The notes under the pieces were generated by a model that saw only the letters and a list, made by a program, of their open reading frames with translations, had not been told where the DNA came from and did no database searches. From assembly GCA_021613535.1 (NCBI GenBank), contig CP075495.1, positions 9,486,001 to 9,550,000 of the forward strand: a stretch of 64,000 nucleotides of DNA, written 5' to 3'. This DNA comes from Adineta vaga. Taxonomy: Eukaryota > Animalia > Rotifera. Numbering within the stretch: position 1 is the stretch's first letter; the number at the start of each line of letters is the position of its first letter. Shown in pieces: positions 55,130 to 64,000 of this stretch. A program made the translations under genes and the position numbers.

Positions 55130-56995
55130 TCACGAGAAATCTCTATTACGACAAATACATGGTGCAATAACAGACCACATATAAAGTACTAAACATGTCC
55201 ATGATGAACTTATTTTAACCCAAACAGCTGCGTCACTTTGTTGAAAATTATAAACATCATTCGTTGGTTTAAGCCAACTAGAAAAAGAAAACAATGATAA
55301 ATAGTGTTCATTCGAAATGAAATAAACCAATTTACTTTGTTAATGTCATCATTACATAGAATGAAGCAAGGAAAAACATAAAATGAAATAATGAATAATT
55401 ATATGCCACCGATTGTTCTTCATCATCATAACTTTTACCACCTTCTATTGAAATGAAAAGAAATTTATTACAAACTTTTCTTTTTTTTGTTTTGTTTCTT
55501 CTTACCAGTATCAGGAACTGGTGATCCTGTTTCTTCATTTCCCGATATGCCTAATAATTTTCCACCTGATGATTTAGTCGAACTTGTTAATCTAAAAAGA
55601 GAAATTTTTTCCTTTTTCCAAACAAAAATCATACATTGAAATTCTTACGCTGAATAAATAATCAATCCAAAGAATATAGCCAATGCTACAATAGATGAAA
55701 CACCAACTGAACCATTTGCAGTTGCTTCAACTACAGTTGAATTTTGATTTTTTATTAATCCATACCATGATGGATTACAAGTTGGATCTAAATCAATCAT
55801 GTCTTTGTTCTATTGAGATGTTCTTTGAATTGAATTCTTACCTGGTTTTTCACTTGTAATCGCTGACCATGTTAAAAAGATAACATATAATGTAACAAAT
55901 GATGATTGTAATAAGCCTGATGTTGAATGATAATTTTGAACGACCGGTAAAACCGAGACAACAGAAACAATAATACATAAGATCAAATTGATTGTAATAA
56001 AGAATATATTCAAGCTACAAGATGTTTTCGATGCATAAAAGATGTATAGAAGAATAATTGCAACAATTGATAGAATGTAAAATGTAACTGTAAAAAATAT
56101 TAAACCACAGTAATGTTTTTTACTACCATCTTCACCTTTCGCTACCCAACTTTCATTCCAACTAAGAATATGAATAAAAATGTATTAAAAATAAGAGCTT
56201 TTCATTTTTTCTAAACTAGACAAACCTATGAGCAAAATCAATAATAAGAATTAATTGAATTAATATAAATAGAAATCCACAAATAGTTCCAATAACCATC
56301 AAAGCTAGAAGAAAAAGATCAACAATTTTCCAAAAGCTAAATTTTCTTTTTTTATCGATTTACCTGGGGCAAATCCTTGATTTGGAATGAAAAATGCTCC
56401 AATACAAATGCCAATAATCATTAAAAGTTTCCAGAACCAAAATCTAAGATTAATTAGAAAAAGAGGTGTCAAATTGAAATAAAATCAGTTTTTAATTTAC
56501 CCATTTTGTATTGCACTTCGAGGATCTTTTGATCGTTTAACACATAACATTAAAAGCATCATGAAGAAGAAAAAGCATGCTAATGAAAATTGAATTCGAT
56601 AAACACTTAAATAACCAACGATATTGTCACATGCTATTTGTCCTTCAAATATTTCCGCGCCACCAACAGTTCCACCTTTACAAAGTGCTGGAATCTAATT
56701 GATAGAATAAGATTTTTCTAAATCGTTAATCTTTTATTTTCTCTTTACTTTTGCAAGTGTATGTGCTAAGCCAGGAATAAGGAAAATCCATGAAACAATC
56801 ATTCCAACAAGTAAAAGTATGCCATAGGCTAAACGTGTCACTAATGAATTTCGTGTTGATGGACAACAAGCACAGCAAAGACTACATGCTGCTGAACCAC
56901 AACAACAACCAAGCTATGGAAAAAGAAGAAGACAATAATTCGTTGTTTATCTTTTGTTAATAGTTATAACTTACTGCGCCAAGTGCACAACCCAT
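55130..56995 (-). CDS. SERINC: Serine incorporator (SERINC/TDE), multi-exon
   Basis: MGCALGA|[18 protein letters not shown]; DPRSAIQNG; SGLLQSS; [22 protein letters not shown]; [20 protein letters not shown]. Confidence 0.95.
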
Positions 56996-57246
56996 CTTTG
57001 TTTAATTCGAATCTGAAGTGTAAAGTAACAACGTATTAAAATAACGTTAGAAAAGAAAAGAAAAGAAAAGAAAAGAGCAAAATTCCTATGTCAATGAATG
57101 TAATGATGATTATTTATTTCAAACGAATAGAGAGAATTTCAGCCATTCAACCTCGATGATTTATTTAGCATTTGATGTGCATACATGTTTGTTTGTGTTT
57201 ATAGATAGATTGAGTTTGTTTTGTTTCATTTTCAATGAATCATTTT

Positions 57247-57280
57247 TGACGTCATTAGAACATGACATCAGAGGGCGCTG
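57247..57280. promoter_or_regulatory. Perfect CRE (TGACGTCA) next to a CTCF-like motif (ACATCAGAGGGCGCTG) upstream of SERINC
   Basis: Both GC-rich motifs stand out in AT-rich intergenic DNA about 250 bp upstream of the ATG. Confidence 0.4.
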
Positions 57281-58572
57281 ATAACCAGTTCGATTCAGTG
57301 AAGTGAATGACGCATCTCTTTATGACCCGGTAGATAGAAAGAAGATTTTTTCTATTAAAAATGAGAAATGTGTTTCTCATCTTCTATATATGTGTATGTG
57401 GAACTTCTATTTCTTCTTATTATCTTTTACTCACGAAAGAAAAACCAAGAGATTAGTCACACTATAAGGTTTTCTCGTTTTCTCCTATGTAATTCAATCT
57501 AGATGCGTTGTCTTGAAATTTGAGCTAGGAAAATAATACATACACTACAATTTTATGTGAAGATAGTTTATAACAAAAAGGAAACTAATTACATTCTATA
57601 TTAAGGCTTCCAAAATGATTATATCACACAAGTTATTTCAAAGTTAATCGATTAATAAAAGATGAAAGAAAAAAAGAACAAAAATATTTGGAATATGAGT
57701 CATAGATTATATTTAAAAATCGAAAAAGCGCATAAATTTCACATAGTTTTATGGGAGAACGTCGGAGTATGCATCGATTAGCTGCATACCTGTTTTCATA
57801 TATAAGAAAAATAATAATATTTAACTTATATTCATGATATTCGTATAAATTTTCATCCTTATTAACGGAATGAAATATTCGCTGTTTCGTGATGAAACGA
57901 ATAGTTTTGTTAAAAAGACTTCAACTTTGTATGTATGCATTAATTATTATTGTGACGATAGATTCTAAAACATATCTCTGACTAGTGTTATTCTTTACTT
58001 AAAAATTGTCTGAAATAAAGAAAACTATAAAAGATAATGATTACTTTCTTATTCTGCTAGACAATTGAGAACCATGCTTAAGAGATAGCGTAGATGTGAG
58101 TTCTTCTTCTATGAAAACAATTCTGAAGAGGTCAATGATCTCATATTAAACAAAAAAGAAACAATCCCTAAGATTAAATGCATCCACACCCTTATCTAAC
58201 TATGTTGTTATTCATACAGTTTTACTTTTTTTCGTAACGAATTTCATTACAATACAAAAACATTCATTATTGTTTTGAATACAAAACAATTTGAAACAGA
58301 ATTCAACCTTGTTCACTTCAATTAAAGATGATCCTTGAAAAGAAATAGATAATGAATGATAATTACTGATAGTCATCACATAAGAAGGAGATGCAAGTCA
58401 AATGAAATTATTAATTTAAGTGCTACACTTCAGCACTCTCTATAGAAATCCATAATTCTTGCAGTGATTAATCTACTTTTCAAAAGACAAAAAGAAAAAT
58501 CTTTCGTTCTATTGTACATAAATTTTTTTCTTTCCATTTATTAAAAAGTTTAGAACGAAAGTCCTTCCAAAT

Positions 58573-60706
58573 TTATATTAATGTTTTATTTCTATCTGGA
58601 ATTACTTCTTCCATGGTAATCGTGCTTTGATCTTCTTCTGTTTGATTATTCCTAATACGAAAACTAATATTTCGAAAATTAAGACCACCAGTAACAGACA
58701 TATTTGTTTTTCTTTTAATCATATATACGACAAGAAAAACAATGAATAATCCAACTAAAATTCCGATAATCATACCACCAAGAACGGCACCTGCTTGTGC
58801 TCCATCAGAATATTCAATTTTTTCATGAATTTCATCGACATATTCTGTTATCGTTTGATTAACATGTACAGTTGTATTACTGAAATAATCGATTTGATTT
58901 GCACTTGCATTTGGATTAAAAACATAGAAATATTGAACATCTTCTAATGAATTTGGTACAGCTTCAATTGCAAGACCTTCTTCAGTTGTTAGTCGAAATG
59001 TGCCAGTGTTAATTGCTTGTTCAAGTTTCATTTGAGCATCCAATATTTCAATTTCAGAAGATGGATCAACAAATGGTGTTCGATCAAGAAGAGTAAATAT
59101 ACAATAGAGTGTATCATTATGACCTGCTTGTTTAAAATGATGATCAAGTTCAAGTTGAGATATACGTGAATATTTCACTGATGTAATATTTCCTATTTGT
59201 TCACGAAGATGTTTTGTTAAACGTCGTCTATGTAACAAAATTACTAGAATAGGTAAAACAAAATTTCATGCAAGTATATACTTACCGATGAATTATACCA
59301 TTTTCAAGGCCATCAGATGTTGGTTGACCAATTATTTTAAGTTGAAATGCTAAATGTTTATACCATAATTGATTTGATCGATAACATAGATTAATATCAA
59401 ATTCATTGAAATAAACATTTCTATCATAATTATAAAATTCATAACGAACATTCGCTGGTGGTCCACCAGTTTTTCGATATAGATTTAAATTTAAATAAAC
59501 TGGATAATCGTAGGGAGTATTAGCATCATCAATATTTGGTTTTGACCATCCCCATTCTAAAGTTGTTTTCAACCAATCTTCTTGTAGATCAAGTGGGAAA
59601 AGTGGTAATTGTCCAACAAAAATTGAGCATATCATTGATCCACGACATGTACGAGAGCCGGTCGATTGAAATATTCGATGCGGTGGATTTGTAAGAAGTA
59701 AATTTTGATATTTAATTAATGTTTCTATAGGATTATGTAAAATTGATGTCATTAAAACAATCTCGACAGAATCATTGATTATACATGAACCTGTTCGACG
59801 ATCAATTTTATATGAACGTGATGAACCTTCAGTATAATCGAGTATAATTGTAACTGGATTTTGAGTATTATCAAATGGTGTATAATCATAACGAATAAAT
59901 TTGCTTTCATTCGATGAATAATAACGAAGATGTACGGTATGCCAAAGATGTTGTGATGTACTCGAAGCATCAATACGAACACTAAATTTCTCCGGAAAAT
60001 TGATTCCAATATCCTGTAAACTTAAAAGATCATCGGCTGGAATTAATTTTTCACAGAAAATTCCACTCGGAAGAACAAAAGCCGTACTAGTAAGCATTGT
60101 TTTATAGCTGAAAATATTCATAACTTGTAAAATTGCTCCATCTGATTTTCGTTTGAGAATACTTTGAATAGGAATAGTATATTTTTCTGGATTCCATGGC
60201 ATAATATAATTGGGCTTGGCAAATGACCAAATCATATCGGATTCATTCGACATCGGCAAGATCCATTGATTAACAACGATAAAACCACGTAGAATTGCTT
60301 CACCCAAATAAGTAGCATTCGATGGAAAACCTAAAAAGTCATCTAATGGACGAATATGACTTGTTCCATTATTCGGATTTGTTAAAGCTGAAAGTCCATC
60401 AAGTGGATTATCTATATCGATTGGATAAACATTACAAATTTTCAAATCATCTCTTGGATAAGTTGATTTCTGACGTATTGTATAATTATAATACGTAAAT
60501 GTACGATCATCGATTGTAACTAATCGATTATTATCGTAATCATATCGAATTTCACTTGATATACGTTGATATTGACCAAGAGTAATAATATTTTCAATAA
60601 AAAAATGTGCTTGTCGAGGAAAATTTGGATAAGTTACAGTATCATTTCCATGTACTAAGTTTATCAGTAGAAAAAATGCAACAACATACAAATACAAAAT
60701 ACCCAT
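58573..60706 (-). CDS. Type I membrane protein with tandem LolA/ependymin-like domains and a SEA-like juxtamembrane domain (paralog A), intron 59228-59285
   Basis: Signal peptide MGILYLYVVAFFLLINLVHG; P.FP..; YLGEAILRG; LPSGIFC; TGSRTCRG..C; FDINLCY; IFTLLDRTP; TM AVLGGMIIGILVGLFIVFLVVYMI; cytoplasmic tail. Confidence 0.8.
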
Positions 60707-60791
60707 CAGAAGTGACAAAGTAAATGAATTTGTCTCGTAACTTCTTATCACACACATCGTTATTTTGTTATCATTATATTCAACACTCGAA

Positions 60792-62789
60792 ATGTTTCGT
60801 AACCTAATAGTGTTTACTATCTGGTTGCTTGTGAGCAAATTTTCATGCCAATTAATTGATTCTAATATTTGTCCAAATGGTTTAACTACTTCTCCATCGG
60901 ATTCACAATGGCCAAGTATTCTACCGAATCGTTTTGAAATTACTACAGAATTAACAACAGATGTGGAAACAATTGAAATAACTCAATTATTTCTAGGTCC
61001 TTATAGAGATGTTGTCTATTTTCACGATTATCAAACAAATTTTACGACATATTATGATTTTGAAACAAATGAAATATTAATGATTAATGATGATTTGAAA
61101 TGTGATCGATTACCAATTGAATCGAATGGATATCTACCATATGTTAGTAGTCATATCGTTAAACCATCTGTTCTATTCGGTTTCGATGGTCGAAATAATT
61201 ATAATAATGCATTTTATACACGATATCTTGGTACAGAAACTATTCGAGATGGTATTCGAACAAAAAAATTTCAATCATGTTTTTATATCAATCAAGAAAA
61301 TGTAACTATCAATGCAACTTATTATATCGCTGACTTATCACCTGATCAATCCATGTCCAATAGGAAATCCGAATTTGTTCAAATTGATGTTCGTTCAAAT
61401 AATTATCCATATACATACAATATTATTCGTTACGTACCTAATCCATTATTAACAATCACCACACCGTCTGGTGTCTATTGTCCTAATCGAACAAATACAA
61501 AAACGTTTCCACAAAATTTACCATCACATTTATCTTTACATGCTGAAACATATACACTTAGAAATAATAATACACCAGCGAGAATTGAATCAACCAATAG
61601 ATTGATCGATGAAACATTACAATTTGAACGAATTGATTATACAATGAATAAAATTCTAATAATATCTCCACCTAGTGGATTATTAGTTGATTATTCATCT
61701 AATTTAAACTATGTATATACACGTGACAGTCAACAATGCATGGTTATGAATGTATCTGCTCATACGATGGGAACAACAAATGAAATTCTATTTAATTTTG
61801 GTGATAAGAACAATACAATTCACTTTCAATATACTGGTTTAACAAGTTGTGGTCGTCAACATGTTCAATGTCATCGATGGATTGGTCAACAAGATTTAGG
61901 TGTATATATGAAACAATACGAATGGTATTGGAGTGCAAAATATAATGATATTGATCTACAAGAATTAATTCCAATAAAAGTTCATCTAACATCAATATCT
62001 GAAATAGGAGTGCCTAAAGTAATCAAACAAGAAACTAGTACTTGTCTATTTTTAGTAGAATTCGTTATGCTATTCTGTTTTCTTTTCTATTTCAAAGGTA
62101 TATTCAATTATAATATTCGACCAAATTCAATGAAATCAATCGATACACTACTCGGTGAATGTTATCGAGCGTTAGGTCCAAGTCATCAATTTAATTATGC
62201 TATACTTCGATTGATATTAAATAATGATGCAAAATATCCAGTTTATCAACATTTACTATCATTAGAAAATCGCTTACATATTCAACTAGCGAATGATCTT
62301 CAAATTCGTCATATACGTCTCTCATCTTTTGTTATTGATATTACACGTGATACAATGGATCAACAAGACAAAGATGTATATGTTACATTTACCCTTCTTG
62401 ATAATCCACCGGTATCAAAAGAATTATTGAAAGAACCCTCATCATTAGAATTAATACGAAGATTAGCTCAACAAATCAATGCTGGAAAATTTCATGTACG
62501 AGATAATGATGGAGGTTATGATTTACAAGCTCGACCCAATAGTCTTCAAACATTAGCACTTTATTTATTGCCATCAGAAAATCATACAAATTATTTCAAT
62601 GAAACAACATTCGTTTATCATAATATAACGAAAACAGTTTATAGACAACGCCAGAAAATAGTTCATAGACGTACGGGTCCTTTGATCGCTGCTTTATGGA
62701 TGGGTTTTGCATTATTAGGAATGATTGTTACATTAGCTATAAGTTCGTTTATTGCAATAAGAAAATGGACACCAACGATAAATAATTAA
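60792..62789 (+). CDS. Type I membrane protein with tandem LolA/ependymin-like domains (paralog B), in-frame intron 62038-62097
   Basis: Signal peptide MFRNLIVFTIWLLVSKFSC; LPNRFE; YLGTETIRDG; TPSGVYC; YTGLTSCG..C..W; LGECY; VTFTLLDNPP; TM LIAALWMGFALLGMIVTLAISSFIAI. Confidence 0.8.
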   Translation: MFRNLIVFTIWLLVSKFSCQLIDSNICPNGLTTSPSDSQWPSILPNRFEITTELTTDVETIEITQLFLGPYRDVVYFHDYQTNFTTYYDFETNEILMINDDLKCDRLPIESNGYLPYVSSHIVKPSVLFGFDGRNNYNNAFYTRYLGTETIRDGIRTKKFQSCFYINQENVTINATYYIADLSPDQSMSNRKSEFVQIDVRSNNYPYTYNIIRYVPNPLLTITTPSGVYCPNRTNTKTFPQNLPSHLSLHAETYTLRNNNTPARIESTNRLIDETLQFERIDYTMNKILIISPPSGLLVDYSSNLNYVYTRDSQQCMVMNVSAHTMGTTNEILFNFGDKNNTIHFQYTGLTSCGRQHVQCHRWIGQQDLGVYMKQYEWYWSAKYNDIDLQELIPIKVHLTSISEIGVPKVIKQETSTCLFLVEFVMLFCFLFYFKGIFNYNIRPNSMKSIDTLLGECYRALGPSHQFNYAILRLILNNDAKYPVYQHLLSLENRLHIQLANDLQIRHIRLSSFVIDITRDTMDQQDKDVYVTFTLLDNPPVSKELLKEPSSLELIRRLAQQINAGKFHVRDNDGGYDLQARPNSLQTLALYLLPSENHTNYFNETTFVYHNITKTVYRQRQKIVHRRTGPLIAALWMGFALLGMIVTLAISSFIAIRKWTPTINN

Positions 62790-63041
62790 AGAAAATCAAT
62801 GATGCATTACTAATCCAGGAATGACATTTTCAGTCGTTTTCTTTTTTCTTTTTTGATGTGTACCAATTTATTTTGTAGATGTAAAAATTCATGAGATCAT
62901 GTCAAGTTGAATAATTTTCGAAATCATTTTTATATGAAGAAACTTCGTAATGCGTATAATGAAAACCAAGAATTTCACTTCAAACAATTATATTTTTCAG
63001 CTTCAGACATATATCTACGTGAATATCACCAGTGCGTGTGG

Positions 63042-64000
63042 CTAGTGTTGTTCGATTATCTTCAATGAATGATCTACTACCATAGGTCTAATACGTCTTT
63101 GTTCACGTAGTAATTTACTTTTTAACATTTCCCAATTTTTCTTCCAAGCATGAAAAAAACGTACATCTAATCCCGCAATAATCATCGGATCAAGTACAAT
63201 TTCAACAAAGTTTAATAGTTGACATATTGATACTATTTTTCCATTCTTATTCTGCAATTGATAGACAATGATATTCGGGGACCAAAGTAACATCCATATC
63301 GTATAAAATACAAGAAATTGAATGACTAATGAGCGATGATATTTCTCACGAGCAGATACATGATGTCGTCCTTGACGTAAATGTGATACTAAATGAATAT
63401 GACGAACACTTGCATAGATGACAATAACATTGCAACTAAGAGGGAAAACAAAAGCAATCAGAACATTGAACACCTGTACATAAATATGCGTATAACGTAA
63501 GTCACAAATTTCACCTCCATGTGCATCTAGTTTTGCCCAACCAACTGAAATTTGAATGATCAACAGAATCAGTGGAATGAAATATATACCAAAATGAGCT
63601 GCAACTAATAATCGTACATGAGTGACACAGACATTTCTATTTCGTGCAATTTGTGCATATCGACAGATATTAAGTGCAAGTAAAATATACACTCCGAGAA
63701 TATTCAGATAATTGTCGAATATTGCTTCAAAATAAGAAATAAATAAATACCATGATTGATTGGGTTGACAATCCGTCGATGTTGTGTGTACAATAAAGAG
63801 AAAGAAAAATCGCACGAGAAGAAAAATGTCTGTAATAAGATAGGCATAGATCCATTGCATTGTTTTTTGTCGAAGTGCTGAACAACAAATAATTTGTAGC
63901 CAAAACATGGCATGAGTGAAAGAAGCAATGATGCAAACATAAAGTATTGGTCGTTGACTATCGATTGTAGATTGACCCCAAGAAAGAGGTGATCGACATT
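63042..64000 (-). CDS. Divergent rhodopsin-like (class A) GPCR, 5'-partial
   Basis: Seven hydrophobic segments; YLITD (TM2), ALNICRY (TM3), FVFP (TM5), LWSP (TM6), LDPMII (TM7); the frame stays open to the window end (...CRSPLSWGQSTIDSQRPILYVCII...). Confidence 0.8.
   Translation of the reverse strand, partial: CRSPLSWGQSTIDSQRPILYVCIIASFTHAMFWLQIICCSALRQKTMQWIYAYLITDIFLLVRFFFLFIVHTTSTDCQPNQSWYLFISYFEAIFDNYLNILGVYILLALNICRYAQIARNRNVCVTHVRLLVAAHFGIYFIPLILLIIQISVGWAKLDAHGGEICDLRYTHIYVQVFNVLIAFVFPLSCNVIVIYASVRHIHLVSHLRQGRHHVSAREKYHRSLVIQFLVFYTIWMLLWSPNIIVYQLQNKNGKIVSICQLLNFVEIVLDPMIIAGLDVRFFHAWKKNWEMLKSKLLREQRRIRPMVVDHSLKIIEQH

Noticed and set aside
60707-60838. Apparent overlap of the two divergent ORFs in the ORF track
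   Set aside because: The extensions start at non-ATG codons upstream of clear signal-peptide ATGs (60706, 60792), so the CDSs do not overlap.
62038-62097. Hydrophobic segment TCLFLVEFVMLFCFLFYFK as an extra TM helix (similar cases in the PRP18 and CNOT2 ORFs)
   Set aside because: It is a stop-free 60-nt GT-AG intron read through by the ORF caller.

Overview
Gene-dense, AT-rich eukaryotic (animal) genomic DNA with many short GT-AG introns of about 50-65 nt. The intron sizes, composition and gene content are most consistent with a bdelloid rotifer (Adineta/Rotaria-like); this assignment is an inference. I can reconstruct 20 spliced protein-coding loci, in order: F-spondin-like protein (partial, with two Spondin_N domains), six-AT-hook HMGA-like protein, ankyrin-repeat protein, CNOT2, cystinosin, stand-alone SMI1/KNR4 (SUKH) protein (HGT candidate), STK11/LKB1, Gly/Ala/Tyr-rich YGAP-repeat protein, PRP18, FNBP1/CIP4, Nup98 ending exactly at its autocleavage site with no Nup96, PP2A-B56, frameshifted FN3/GPI-type surface protein, Rac-like GTPase, TTC21/IFT139, SIRT1, SERINC, two head-to-head paralogous LolA/ependymin-like membrane proteins whose ATGs are 85 bp apart, and a partial GPCR. 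I found no RNA genes, transposons or CRISPR arrays. The best leads are the head-to-head LolA/EPDR-like pair, the pre-cleaved Nup98, the intron-bearing SUKH gene, the 9-nt FNBP1 microexon, the resilin-like intracellular protein and the double-spondin architecture. All family calls come from recognising motifs by eye, with no database searches.
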